In this document: in pieces, positions 29,120 to 39,910 of the stretch | How the letters are laid out: each line of letters begins with the position of its first letter | Position numbering within the stretch: position 1 is the first letter of the stretch | DNA from: a virus | Strand: one strand, 5' to 3' | DNA length: 64,000 nt | Virus record (IMG/VR): IMGVR_UViG_3300046471_000128 | Location: 43,510-107,509 of that record | Position numbers and translations under genes: made by a program | The notes under the pieces: model-generated | Database searches by the model: none | What the model saw: only the letters and a program-made list of their open reading frames with translations | What the model was told of the DNA's origin: nothing

Positions 29120-29287
29120 TCAGTCCCAGCGTGCGCGCTCTTCAACAAACGGACGACGGCGGCGCGTGGTGAGCGTGCGGAGTTCCCGCTGCTCTTCGAA
29201 TTCTTGGAAAAGCTCCAGCTCCGTGAGCTCCGCATCGAGGTGGTCATCGGACAGCAACGATTCGACATGGATCTGACGGACTTGCAT
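29120..29287 (-). CDS. Small protein, 55 aa (MQVRQIH...)
   Basis: AGGAGAG SD; terminator at 29027-29060 downstream. Confidence 0.6.
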   Translation of the reverse strand: MQVRQIHVESLLSDDHLDAELTELELFQEFEEQRELRTLTTRRRRPFVEERARWD

Positions 29288-29447
29288 GGTTCTCTCCTGG
29301 GTAGGTCGGTGCAGCGCTCGTTGCGCTGCGACAGAAGAGAGTTTGACGGGCAAGTCTTGGATCACGCGTGCTGCGCTGCAGGCTCTTTATAGCCCCGCCA
29401 CGGCCCCTGCAAGCAGCAGGTGCGCGTGAGCACACCCGCTGGCCCTG

Positions 29448-29612
29448 CTAGGGCGACCGATGGCGTCGACGCGCTTCGACACTGCGGCGGTGCTTTGCAC
29501 GGCTCAGACGACAGACGAATGAATCAAGGAACAACACGAGCAGGAAGATCAAGATAAACAGCGCACCGTGGATCGGAATCAGCCACAGCCCGCCTTCATA
29601 GAGCAGCTTCAT
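29448..29612 (-). CDS. Small membrane protein, 54 aa (below ORF track cutoff)
   Basis: MKLLYEGGLWLIPIHGALFILIFLLVLFL...; AGGGA SD; promoter-like element at 29642. Confidence 0.5.
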   Translation of the reverse strand: MKLLYEGGLWLIPIHGALFILIFLLVLFLDSFVCRLSRAKHRRSVEARRRHRSP

Positions 29613-29682
29613 GGCTGGTCCCTGTGAGTGGTCAAGTGATTATCGTATTGACGCACTCACGGACCCGGGCGCTAGGAAGTCA

Positions 29683-30072
29683 TCAGGCCAGGTGGATCAG
29701 GTGTCCAAGGGCCGGCATCAGCTTGGCGACGTGGTGCGAGAGGCTCATCACGGAGAACCCGTCATCGAAGCCGATCACCGCAAGGGCCAGCGCACCGAAG
29801 GCGGCGCCCCGCTCGATCAGCTTGCCGCCGCGGCCCGCCATCCACTGCAGCGCCGCGTTCGAGACGGTCGGCTGCTTGCGCTCCGGCGCATACAGATTAA
29901 CGTCTACCACCACCTCTTCAATGCGCGTCGCCGAGATCACCTCGATGCCATCGCGTTTATATGCCTGCACCATTGCCGCTACTACCCCTTCGATGGCCGC
30001 ATTGTCGGAGCTCGTCGACACCGTAAATAGCTCGCCTTCCTGGTCTACACACTCGAATGTGATCCTGCTCAT
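29683..30072 (-). CDS. Hypothetical protein with C-terminal hydrophobic segment
   Basis: 129 aa ORF with SD. Confidence 0.6.
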   Translation of the reverse strand: MSRITFECVDQEGELFTVSTSSDNAAIEGVVAAMVQAYKRDGIEVISATRIEEVVVDVNLYAPERKQPTVSNAALQWMAGRGGKLIERGAAFGALALAVIGFDDGFSVMSLSHHVAKLMPALGHLIHLA

Positions 30073-30549
30073 TTCCCTACGACTCCAGATTCTTATTGAT
30101 GAAGTGCCGATTGGATGCGGAGACGTTGGTGTCCCCTGCGCATGGGTCGAGATTGTCCATCAAACGTTTGCTGTCCAACAGATCAGGATTCAGCGTCATC
30201 TGCTAAGCAATCTTTTCCGATTCCTTATCTGGCAAGGGTTTTCACTGACATAAGTGTCAGATACATCGCTCCGCCATCGGTAAAAAATGTTAAAAAGGTA
30301 ACATTTTGTAGCCGGAGGGCAACACTTAGTCGGTAAAAAGACCGGGATACCCAATTTGGCAGTAGATATCCCTTGCGTCCGCGTTAGAAGTGGTGTCGGC
30401 GTGCGCGTCGCTCTTCAGCCCGTTGCGTCTGACGCGCCATGCGATACGCTTCCCGCGGCTCAGCCCCTGCCGAGCGTGCACCCAGATAGACCGCCCGCTC
30501 GATGAACGTGCGCAGCGTCCCGGCAGCGTAGTGTGTGGTTGCTGGCATC

Positions 30550-30726
30550 TCAGTGACCCCGCATCAGGTTGGCGATACGCTTGGGCATCGCACAGCGCTT
30601 CAGACGGGCGGCGCGCTTCAGACCACCCGTGAAGAGGTCGATCAAGAACCAGAATGCGGCACCTATCACGACCGCGGCGAGAATCACGAGCAGCACGGCA
30701 AAGAACCACTGCAACTGTTCGAACAT
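30550..30726 (-). CDS. Small membrane protein, 58 aa (below ORF track cutoff)
   Basis: MFEQLQWFFAVLLVILAAVVIGAAFWFLI...; GAGGTG SD; full class-II element at 30755. Confidence 0.6.
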   Translation of the reverse strand: MFEQLQWFFAVLLVILAAVVIGAAFWFLIDLFTGGLKRAARLKRCAMPKRIANLMRGH

Positions 30727-30885
30727 GGGACACCTCGTTGATGGGAGAGACTTCAGTCTCCCGACGAGGCTTCGGATGACACCCGGATACGTTTGCCCTC
30801 ACGTGGCCGTGTGATATCACCTGGCCGTGGTAACCCAGGCTGCTTTCGGTCCTCCGATACACTATCCGCACCGGGAGGGCCATCT

Positions 30886-31197
30886 ATGACGTTGCTCGAC
30901 TATCTGTCGATCGCCGCCACGCTTATAGGCTTTGCCATCTTTGTCACCCAACTTGTGCTGCTCGAACGCGAGCGCCGGATAACGCTTGCTCGATTGACCA
31001 AGTGGGCTTTGCTCCACGCATCGATTGTCGGCACCGGTCTGAGCGTCCTGATGCTCTCTAAATCATCTCCTTGGCTCATCGAAGATCCTGACGCCTCTTC
31101 TCCCGTGCGTCTAAACATGCTCTCCACGAAGGATTTCATCGCCTTTGCGGTCATCTATATCTTCGTCGCGTGGCGCTCGTTGAAGTCATTGGAGTAG
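30886..31197 (+). CDS. Small 3-TM membrane protein (moron-like)
   Basis: GGGAGG SD, three hydrophobic segments, opposite strand, lower GC. Confidence 0.55.
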   Translation: MTLLDYLSIAATLIGFAIFVTQLVLLERERRITLARLTKWALLHASIVGTGLSVLMLSKSSPWLIEDPDASSPVRLNMLSTKDFIAFAVIYIFVAWRSLKSLE

Positions 31198-31262
31198 GCA
31201 ATCCACGGCGTGCCACGGCAACGAGCACACAAAGAACAACGGGCACACGGCCCGTCATCGGA

Positions 31263-31547
31263 TCAACCGAGGTCGCTGAAGTCGTGCCCGGAGCAATCGA
31301 TGATCTCGACACGGCGCACCTGCGCAACCCGGCACTCACCGACGGGGATCATCATGAGGTGCGCCATCAGACGCCCGAACTGCGCTTCGGACAGAAAGAC
31401 AGGCGTCATGTGATACATCGAGCGGAGGTGCGCGTCGACAAAATCCTTCGACTCTTTGAGGCCCATCCCGGTGGTCGCACGGATCAGCTTGATGAGCGGA
31501 ATGCGATCGGTCGTGTTCGATTCGAGATAGGCTTTGATCTTCTTCAT
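31263..31547 (-). CDS. Ribosomal protein bL12 (L7/L12) C-terminal-domain-like protein
   Basis: RIPLIKLIRATTGMGLKESKDFVD matches bL12 K..VIK.VR..TGLGLKEAKDLVE. Confidence 0.7.
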   Translation of the reverse strand: MKKIKAYLESNTTDRIPLIKLIRATTGMGLKESKDFVDAHLRSMYHMTPVFLSEAQFGRLMAHLMMIPVGECRVAQVRRVEIIDCSGHDFSDLG

Positions 31548-31611
31548 GCTGCGCTCCCTGCGCTGGTTGGTGAGCTTCTATTTTCTCGACCAACACATGG
31601 CCCAGACTTGG

Positions 31612-31746
31612 ATACTTATAGGGCGCCAAGGGACTACTTTCCATAGGGCCACCGTCCGCGGCGGGCCAATCTTATACGTGGCAGGTGCCTATACTTATAC
31701 GTAGCACGGGCCAATCTTATAGAGCGCCAGCCGATACTTATACGAG
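31612..31746 (+). repeat. CTTATA-core repeat array with about 22-bp period
   Basis: CTTATA at 31615, 31671, 31694, 31716, 31737; alternating GGGCCAATCTTATA and ATACTTATACG. Confidence 0.85.
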
Positions 31747-32429
31747 CCACGGCGCGCCTTACGGGCCTGCAGCCACGGCAATTTGGCCAAGGATTTGAAC
31801 GGATTCTGGGAGGGTGGCACGCCGCGGCCCTTGCTGGGCTTGGCTTTGAGCGAACATGGCTCGGGTTGGCTTGGCGAGTTCCCATAAGAAAATTCTGTGG
31901 CGTGTCGATTGAAAGACAATGAAGCGCCGCAACAGCATGGAGCTCTTATAGAGCCGAAGCGTATGTCTTGTGTCTCCATACCGGATCATCTATGTGCATG
32001 AGTGTCGTTTAGGGCTTCCCTAGCCGTGATCTCTCTTACGGGATTGTCGTCCTCGGCGTTTCCGCCACAAGCATCATTCTTTCCTTTCTCTCTACTGGTA
32101 AAAGGGTTTGCGCCCGATCTGGTGGTTCGGACTCTAGCGTTGCGCTTCTCAGATCGCTTGGCATCGGGCTTGTTTGCGTTGCGGGTTGTCTGCTTACCTG
32201 TCGGGAAATGGAACGCTCGGCGCGGGCTTAGCGTTCTCTCTGGGCGGGCGTAATGGCGCTGCAATTGGGTCGAAAGTGCGGGCCTTACGGAAATACGCTA
32301 ATACTGTTTACTATCAATGACTTACGGGCGTTTCGATCCGTGGCTGTCTCGGGGACGAAATAACACCCTGTATTTCCTAGTTTTCGTGCCGTTATCATGC
32401 GTGCGAATCGGATAACTAGAGGAACGAGA

Positions 32430-32813
32430 ATGCTGAGGAAATGGGTGGTTTGCGGCGCGCTCGCGTGTGCGGCTAGCAGCGCGTCCGCTGCGAATTGGGT
32501 CGTCTTGGATCGACAACCGGATATCACGAAAAGCGTGGATCTCTCTACCGTTGTCGTCAACGGCATCTATCGCAAGGTGTGGGTGCGATCCGACTACACG
32601 AACGGGTTGAAGATGCCAGGCGGGCAGAACATTGGGCAAATATTCTTGCGCTACACGCTGCGCTGCTCGGATCGTGAGTATGCGTCAGGTCAGCTCATTG
32701 CCTATGACCGTGGTGGGCAAATGGTGCATTCGGAAGACGGCGACCCGAACAAGTTCGAGGAAGCGGTGCCGGGCTCATTTGGGGAAGCCATGCTTATCTC
32801 TCAATGCAAATGA
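32430..32813 (+). CDS. Secreted surface-adhesin E-like protein
   Basis: Signal peptide ending ASA; W...VD..T...KVW...C...PGS..E...C pattern. Confidence 0.65.
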   Translation: MLRKWVVCGALACAASSASAANWVVLDRQPDITKSVDLSTVVVNGIYRKVWVRSDYTNGLKMPGGQNIGQIFLRYTLRCSDREYASGQLIAYDRGGQMVHSEDGDPNKFEEAVPGSFGEAMLISQCK

Positions 32814-32826
32814 GACGGCACCGTCG

Positions 32827-33474
32827 CTAGCGCGTGCGGCCCCATCCGAGCGCTGCTGGCCGGCTGTAGTCGGCGAACTTCACCTTGAGCCAATCCTTTG
32901 AGCGACCGCGCTGATACGGCGCGTCGAGTCGCTTGCCTACCATCCCTTCAAAGTCGTGCTGTTTCACCTGATCGAACACCCATGCCCCTGCCGAGACGAC
33001 TCCGGTCACGTAGACGAGCACGGCGGTGTTCTCGAATGAGTCGCGCAACAGCTCTTTTCGTTCGACGAGTGGCAGCTGCCTAATGTCGCGCTCACCATCG
33101 GCGAGCATGTCGAACACGTAGAGACGCGCCGGGTGCAGCTTCATGGCGGCGCGCACGCGTGTTGCGACCGATGTGCGGGCACGGATCTGCAGACGCTCGA
33201 ACGAGGACTGGCCGGTTGGCTCGTCGACCGTGAGCTCCGCATCCCACACGAAGTTGCCATACACGTTCTCGACCGCCGCGACCACATCAGGAAACGAGCG
33301 ATTCATGAGGTTGCCCTGCCGCGAGATCAGCTCGACCCGCGAGCCGACCTTGCGCACCAGACAGCGGAACCCGTCGTATTTAAGTTCGAACAGCCAATCC
33401 TCACGGGAAAACGGCGCGCGGTTGAGCGTGGCGAGCATCAGGTCGCCCGCGTCGATCAGCGGGATGGCACTCAC
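32827..33474 (-). CDS. ATP-dependent DNA ligase, adenylation domain only (LigD-like)
   Basis: ELKYDGFR, DAEL, YVFDML, EGMVGK, WLKVK. Confidence 0.85.
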   Translation of the reverse strand: MSAIPLIDAGDLMLATLNRAPFSREDWLFELKYDGFRCLVRKVGSRVELISRQGNLMNRSFPDVVAAVENVYGNFVWDAELTVDEPTGQSSFERLQIRARTSVATRVRAAMKLHPARLYVFDMLADGERDIRQLPLVERKELLRDSFENTAVLVYVTGVVSAGAWVFDQVKQHDFEGMVGKRLDAPYQRGRSKDWLKVKFADYSRPAALGWGRTR

Positions 33475-33671
33475 AACTTTGAGATCCGCGCGCTGACGAA
33501 GGCGAGCTTCGCCCAGGCATAGGCTTGGGCGCTAACTTCACTGCGATTGCAGCCCGAGTAGGCGCAGAAGTGGTCGAAGTCGTCGAGCACCGTGTGGCCG
33601 TGCTCGTCCGGTGTCAGCGGGCGCGCAGCAAGGATGTCGGCGAGCATTTCGTCTGGATTTCCATAGCACAT
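33471..33671 (-). CDS. Hypothetical protein
   Basis: GGAGG SD, GTGA overlap with the ligase start. Confidence 0.6.
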   Translation of the reverse strand: MCYGNPDEMLADILAARPLTPDEHGHTVLDDFDHFCAYSGCNRSEVSAQAYAWAKLAFVSARISKL

Positions 33672-33742
33672 GGGAGCCTCCGTGGAGTGTCAAACCCTTG
33701 AGCATAAAGGATTCCCGGTCGCTGGACCGGGAAGCTGGCGCG

Positions 33743-34042
33743 TTACCAGTCGTATTGCGGCAGGTCCGCGACCACGCTCTGATCACAGTCCATGCGCAAC
33801 CACTTGAGGTTGTGCCGGTTGCCCCACTCCATCACTTCGCGCAGGTCCGCCGGCAGGTTCAGTTCGTCGAGCAGGTCGCTCGGCTGCACCCAGAGGAACC
33901 AGCCGTGCTCATACGCGGCGACGATCGTCCACGGGCATTGAGCGTCGCCCTTGTCCAGTTGCTCCGCCGTCTCTCTCGTGACGTGGCACGTCGAGATCGC
34001 TGGGATGATGTCCACGTTGAAAATTTCTACGTTGCTGCTCAT
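33743..34042 (-). CDS. DUF5983-like protein
   Basis: STCH...YEHGWF...LP.DL...W...D.D...LP.YDW. Confidence 0.6.
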   Translation of the reverse strand: MSSNVEIFNVDIIPAISTCHVTRETAEQLDKGDAQCPWTIVAAYEHGWFLWVQPSDLLDELNLPADLREVMEWGNRHNLKWLRMDCDQSVVADLPQYDW

Positions 34043-34087
34043 GTGCTTCTCCAAGCTGCGCCCGGGCGCTCGGCCCGGGCTGTGGTG

Positions 34088-34603
34088 TTATTCGGGCAGG
34101 AGCTCGTCGCTCAGCATTTCGAGCAGCGTCTCGCTGTCATGGCACACCAGCGTGGTGATGTCGTCATCGACCGGCACGCCCGCGTCGCGCAGAATCTTGA
34201 GCACGGTTTGCGCGCGCGCAACGACGTCGGCATCGACCTCATCGTCATCGACGTGTCCGTCTTGCGTCTCGACCAGGCGACGCGCAAAGCACACGGCCCA
34301 CTCTTCGGGCGTGGCGCAGGTGTATTCCCACGGTGACGCACCTGCGGCGCCCATATCGCCCGACAGGTCGAAAACCCACTTGTGGTCAGGACCGCGCCCG
34401 ATGATGACCTTCGCGGCTGCGTAGACCATCGAGACGGACTCGACGCAGATCGCGTGTTTGTGGAACTGGTCGATCACGAACCCGTAGGCGTCGAGATACA
34501 GGTTGTCGAGCGTCTGGTTGGACTCTTGCACGAGCTGCTCGGCGGAGGGCTTGAACTCGGACGTGTCGACAGTCGCGAGGATTTCTTCGTAGGTGATGGA
34601 CAT
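34088..34603 (-). CDS. Acidic hypothetical early protein
   Basis: ORF directly downstream of class-II element 34638. Confidence 0.7.
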   Translation of the reverse strand: MSITYEEILATVDTSEFKPSAEQLVQESNQTLDNLYLDAYGFVIDQFHKHAICVESVSMVYAAAKVIIGRGPDHKWVFDLSGDMGAAGASPWEYTCATPEEWAVCFARRLVETQDGHVDDDEVDADVVARAQTVLKILRDAGVPVDDDITTLVCHDSETLLEMLSDELLPE

Positions 34604-34678
34604 GGTGTGTCTGGGTGGTTGTGGTTGCGATGAAGTCATTCTCCCGACCCGGGTGTGGCCCGGGCCCGGATCGGTTGA

Positions 34679-35071
34679 TCAGTGGGCGGACGTAAGCATT
34701 TCGGGAATGACCATCGGCAAGCTGGTCGAGCACGGCTCGTCGAGATTCAGAATGTCGAACGCTTCGGCGACAGGGCGGCCCGGGTGCGCGTAGGCGTTCA
34801 GCGTCGCGGTCACGCACGCTTCAAGGTGGTCGGCGTCACGGTAGTGCGGCGACACGCCCGCGTCGAAGGATTCGACGATCACCGTGTTCCCGTGCAGGAT
34901 CACCTTACCGACGCACGGGATCGGCCCGGTGTGGTCAGGATGCTCGAACTTCACGACCAGGACGACACCACCGTCGGCACGGGTGCGCAGACGGTAAAGG
35001 CGCGTGTGGTGCACGTTGCGGTAGGCGTGAGCATGGGCACGGCGCTGCTCGGGATTCAGGTTGAGGCTCAT
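34679..35071 (-). CDS. Hypothetical early protein (start MSLNLN)
   Basis: ORF downstream of class-II element 35103. Confidence 0.65.
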   Translation of the reverse strand: MSLNLNPEQRRAHAHAYRNVHHTRLYRLRTRADGGVVLVVKFEHPDHTGPIPCVGKVILHGNTVIVESFDAGVSPHYRDADHLEACVTATLNAYAHPGRPVAEAFDILNLDEPCSTSLPMVIPEMLTSAH

Positions 35072-35112
35072 GATGTTTCTCATGTGTCGTTTCGATAGAC
35101 ACAGTTTCCCGA

Positions 35113-35959
35113 TCACGCACTGGCGCGCTGTCGGATCGTTTGTGCGGTGTGCGGCACCGGGTAGCGGGCGACCAGCCACTCGGTGAACTGCTGTTGTTCG
35201 GCGAACCCCATCTCTGCTCGGACCGTTGCGTGCACATCGCACCAGAGCTTCGCCTGGTGGCCGATCCAGTAGACATAGGGCCGCGTGTGGTGCGTGCCGT
35301 AGCGCGCCATGTCCTTCGCAAGCTGCTCCGCCGGCGACCCTGCCCCGTGCGCGATACAGTAGGCGGCGTAGCGCGGCGTCGCGCCCTTGAACGGGCCGCG
35401 CGCGATCACCAGCAGACCTCGATCTGTTCCACCTGCTCGGGGTCGATGAGGACATGGCGCCCGGTGGGTGCGAGATCGGCATCAGGGCGGGGCTCCCACA
35501 GCTCCAGCTCCAGCAGCAGCCCGCCTTTGTGCACGCGCATTTCGCCGCCGTAGACCGAGCCGTGCACCTGCCGACCCGAGCGCAGCCACAGGTTCACGGT
35601 GTAGCCGTTCCCGTCGTTCTTCTCGTCGTTCGCGTCAGCGAGCGCGTAGGCAACGATCGTGCGCCCGCTCATCGTTGGCTATCCTTCACCGCTGCGTCGA
35701 GCTCGCGCACGGCGGCCGCCAGCCCGCTGCTGCCCTCTTCTATCGCGCCCACGACCTTAATCGCGGCGGCGCGCAGGTTGTCCAGTTTGTCGCCCTGCTT
35801 GTTCATCTTCAGGACCGCATCGAACGGTGCTTCGGAAAGCTGCGCTTGGATGCCCTGATTGTTGAACTCGTTCGAGAGGAACGAGAACATGTCGAATTCC
35901 CGGTCCTGCCCGTAGTTCGTGTCGGCGGGGCGAATGAGGATGGTGTGAATCTTGGGCAT
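35113..35959 (-). CDS. Three coupled small hypothetical genes (35669-35959, 35406-35672, 35113-35409)
   Basis: ATGA/GTGA overlaps; class-II element 35989 upstream. Confidence 0.65.
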
Positions 35960-36049
35960 GGTTGGTGTCCCGTGGTTGCGATGTGTTCAGTGTCCCGACC
36001 GATCGTTGGACCGGTCGCGGCTTTCGTTACGGGTGACTTATTCGCCCGC

Positions 36050-36562
36050 TTATTGCGCGCCCCCGAGCCCGATGGCGATCGAGATACGCTCGTCGGACAC
36101 CAGCGCGCGAATCCGCTTGGCGACCATATCGGGCGTGACGAGCGGAATGCCGTCGTCAAACATGACATCTGGCTCGTCATCGTATGATTCCGCGTTGAAC
36201 AGGTATTGAGCCCATGAGTCATTCAGACCGAAGAAGTTCTCGATGGCGGCCCAGCCCTCACGGCCCTCGTAAAATGGCTGCGCGTGCCGCGCGCCCCAGA
36301 CCGGAACGACCAGCTTGAGCCCTTGGGATTGGAACTCGGGCATCAAGGCGGCGTGCCCGCACGCGCACGCGGCGGCACCACACTGCACCTTGACGGGATC
36401 GACCACGATGGACTTGGCACCACCGAGCAGCTGGACAACTTCTCCCGTGGAGGGCAGATCCGCAGGCGCTTTCAACCAGTGGTCGAGGTGGAATGCGGCG
36501 GGCGCTGCGAATGTCTGCTGCTCAAGCACAGTGGCGAGCAGCTCAAGGCGTTCGATGTTCAT
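36050..36562 (-). CDS. Hypothetical protein of the CGxxAC family (paralog of 48061-48468)
   Basis: LDHW...CGAAACACG...P.FQ.QGL...FFG...LF...KRIR. Confidence 0.7.
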   Translation of the reverse strand: MNIERLELLATVLEQQTFAAPAAFHLDHWLKAPADLPSTGEVVQLLGGAKSIVVDPVKVQCGAAACACGHAALMPEFQSQGLKLVVPVWGARHAQPFYEGREGWAAIENFFGLNDSWAQYLFNAESYDDEPDVMFDDGIPLVTPDMVAKRIRALVSDERISIAIGLGGAQ

Positions 36563-36590
36563 GTTTGTGTGTGTGGTTGGTTGCGACAGG

Positions 36591-37832
36591 TCAATTGTCG
36601 TGATCGTCTGCTGGCGTGTGCACGTCGGTGCGTGGATGGTTTTCGAAAATCTGCTGCGGCGTGCCGCGGTAGTCGTCGAAGCGGCTAATCTCGCGACGGC
36701 AGTCCGAGCAGTAGAAGGCGCGCATCGGGCGGTTCCACCACTTCACGTCCTCACCGCGCGTCTCACATGCCGTGACGTTGCACTTGCCGCCGAACTGGCC
36801 CTTGCCGGTCTGATCGATGTGCCCATACGGATCGTCGGGCAGCTCGCGCGGCGCACGGAGAACGTCCGCGACCGCCTGGATCTGTTCCCGCGACGGCATG
36901 CGGCCGCGCGCACCGGGATAGACGCGATTCAAGGACACGCGCTGCGTCGTGTTCAGGGACGGTGCCGTCTTCATGAGACGGCGTTCTTTCTTGGTCAGGT
37001 GCATCGAGCGCTCCATCCCCGCCCGTCGAATCCGAGCGAGTCGTCAAAGTAGTTATCGTCCACGAAGCGCACAGCGGCGAACCACTGCGCGTCCGATTCG
37101 AGGTGGACCGTGTTGCCGAAGTCATCGACCGTCGTGCCGCTTAGCGCGATGGCGAACGGCATGGGTCGTGCGGAATTGAAGTGAATCAGGCGCATGGCGC
37201 GCTCCAGTTGATGTTGGAGTAGCCCTCGCCGAACATCGCGACCAGGCGGTCGTGTTGCTCTTCGTCGAGCGGCAGCTTCCAGCGCATCACCGCCGTCAGA
37301 TAAATCTCCTGCGCGTTCTCGGTCATTTCCTCGAAGCACGAACCCATGCTCGGGCGGAACTGGATTCGATGGAGCTGCACGCCGCACGACTCGCGGCGGC
37401 GCTGATTGCTCGGGCGCTCCCGCAACCAGCCGCCCATGTTGTAGTCCGACTCGAGGATCGAGTAGGCTTCGCAGATGTCAAAGCGATCCCAAGTCGCCAT
37501 CAGAGCGTCTCCCACTTCGTGTCGCCAACCTTCCGATACTGCATGGTCGTGCAGCCCGCGTGCCCTTCGGCCCAATCGAGCGGCTCGAACGCCGTTTCTT
37601 GAATAGCGTCGTGCAGGTCAACACAGCGGCCCGTGTAGTAGAGCTCGGCGTCGTCATCGAGCAACTGGAACTCGAAGTTGAAGCGCTCGCTGTGGAGCGT
37701 GATGAATTGGTCAACCGCGTCGCGGCGCCGCAGCGGATCGCGGATCGCAACCAGCGGCGAGTTGCGGTTGTCGTAGCGGCCCGTGCCCACCTGGCCGTCG
37801 GAGATGTGGTCCTTTGTGATGATCCACTGCAT
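36591..37832 (-). CDS. Four coupled small hypothetical genes (37500-37832, 37186-37500, 36995-37195, 36591-37016; the last has Cys pairs)
   Basis: Overlapping start and stop codons; class-II element 37866 upstream. Confidence 0.6.
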
Positions 37833-37898
37833 GTTGCGCTCCCTGTGCGCGTTGTCGATATGAAGATTGTCCCGACCGGGCATTGGCGCCCGGTTGGA

Positions 37899-39544
37899 TT
37901 AGTCACTGCCCCACTTGCGATCCTCTGCGATCTCCGCGAGGGCCATCTCCTGCACGCGATCAAGATCGGCTTGCAGGGCGCGACGCCGGCGACGGGCGCG
38001 CAGGATCATGCGCAAGATGTTCTTGGCGTGGGCCTCAGTCATATCGTCAACCGCGATGCGACGGCCGTCTTGACAGCGCCAGATTTCGTCGGGTGGCGTG
38101 CTCATGCCGGCACGCTGACGGGCCAATGCCATTCGCCCGAGGTCACCGCGGCGGGATTCGGGGCGTTCCGCTCATTCTTGAGAATGTCGCGCATCCTGTC
38201 GCCGAAGCTGAAAAGGCTATAGGCGCGGTTCGACAGGAAGTCGAAGTCGCTCTGGATCACGCGGGCGACGCCGATCTCCAACCCTGTCATGGCTTCGAAG
38301 TTTTCAGGACCGATCGCGTGCGCCAGCCCGTGAACGTCCAGTCTGTTGTAGCGGGCGTTCACGATTTGATCCAACTGCTCATCGGTGAAGAACGTGCCGA
38401 TCGCGCACACGCACGTCGAAATGGTTGGGGTGACCCGGGCGCTGCGATAGCGCCCGTGTGCCCGGGTGCCGATGCGGCCCGTCGAGAGGTCGTGCAGGAT
38501 CTTCTTGATGGCGTCGTGACGCGTGGCGGGCACGACGAAACCATTGACGCGGATCAGGTTGTAAGGACGGGTCATTGCTGTCTCATGTTCAGACTGTTCG
38601 ATGACGGGAGCACGTAGCCCCCGAGCTTTTCCATTGCCTTGTAGGCGTCGTCGGACGTGTGGAACCGCTCGACCGAGGTGAGGCGCCCGGGCGCGTCATC
38701 GACGCGCGTCCACAGCGTGTCGTGCCACAGGGGCATCGGGTTCTGCTGCTGGTGCCAGGTGCTCATGTGCCACCCGACTTGAACGACCAGCAGGACCAGC
38801 CCTTGCCGTCGGTCATCTGCACGATCACGCGGCCCGCATCGGCGCGCGTGAACGCGTAGCTCCGATGGTTGTGCCCGAGGTAGTGCAGCCGCGTCGCGCC
38901 CGCGTCGTCGGCTTCGACCTCGAACTCTTGGTGGAAGGTGGTCGAATAGCCACCCCATGCGTTGCGCGCGACGACGCGCGTCGGCTCGGTGAGCTTTCTC
39001 ATGCCGTCTCCTTCTGCTTGCCGCGCTTCTTGAGAGTGTCGGCGACCAGATCCCCGATCACGTCGAGGAAGCGCGCGCCCTGCTTCGGATCGAGTTGCGG
39101 CAGCCCGAAGATCCCGTCCGCGAGCAGGTCACCGTCGCGGTCGCGCGGCCCTTGGTTGAACGTGCGCTCAGCGAACACCGTGCGAATGCCCGATGCGACC
39201 AGCACCCGGCGCGCGAACTCGGCGAAGTTGTTGTCGGGCACATAGCCGAGCTCGAGCTCCATCTTCTTGAGCTTGCGGGCAATGCCGGTCATCACCTTCA
39301 TCGTGGCTTCGAGCTCGTCCATCTCGACGTAAGGACCGGGCTCGCGCATGGCGAACTTGGTGGCGTAGCTGTAGTCCCATTCACCGTTGACCGAGGTGCG
39401 GATCACAAGGTCGGTGGAGAAGAGATACCCTTGCGCGCTCTTGACCAGGCGGCGCAGCTGGATCTCGATGTGTGCGTAGCCCGGCGTGCTCTCACGAGCG
39501 CAGGCGTAGGCATACGGGGCATCGTTCTTAGCGGTCGGAAACAT
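37899..39544 (-). CDS. Five coupled hypothetical genes (38999-39544, 38763-39002, 38572-38766, 38102-38575, 37899-38105)
   Basis: ATGA overlaps throughout; class-II element 39576 upstream. Confidence 0.65.
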
Positions 39545-39910
39545 GGTCGTTTCTCTGTGTGGTTGCGATGAATTCATTTTCCCGAGCGCCCGTAGGCGCA
39601 TCGGTGGACTTATTTCGCATGGGTTTTACTGGCTGGTTGCGGTGAAGTAAATTGTGCTCGCGCCCCTTTGGCAAGCTAAGTTACCGCTTATTTATCCATT
39701 ATAGCCACGCGGAAAGATCGGGCGCGTGAAAACGTGCAAGATGTTGCGCGATTTGTGCAACTTTTTACCGGGGGTGCCGAACCCTTGCCTACCCGTAGAT
39801 AGACGGTCGGTGCTGTGGGAAGGGTAATTTTGGGCGCGGTGGCCCGCCCGAGGGCGCCGTGGCAGCGCGCGGGCACGAACAAAGCGGGCCGAAGCCCGCT
39901 TCGCTGACGG

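Noticed and set aside
33708-33745. Additional class-II promoter copy
   Set aside because: Spacing does not fit; better explained as a hairpin (ttcccggtc-gctg-gaccgggaa)
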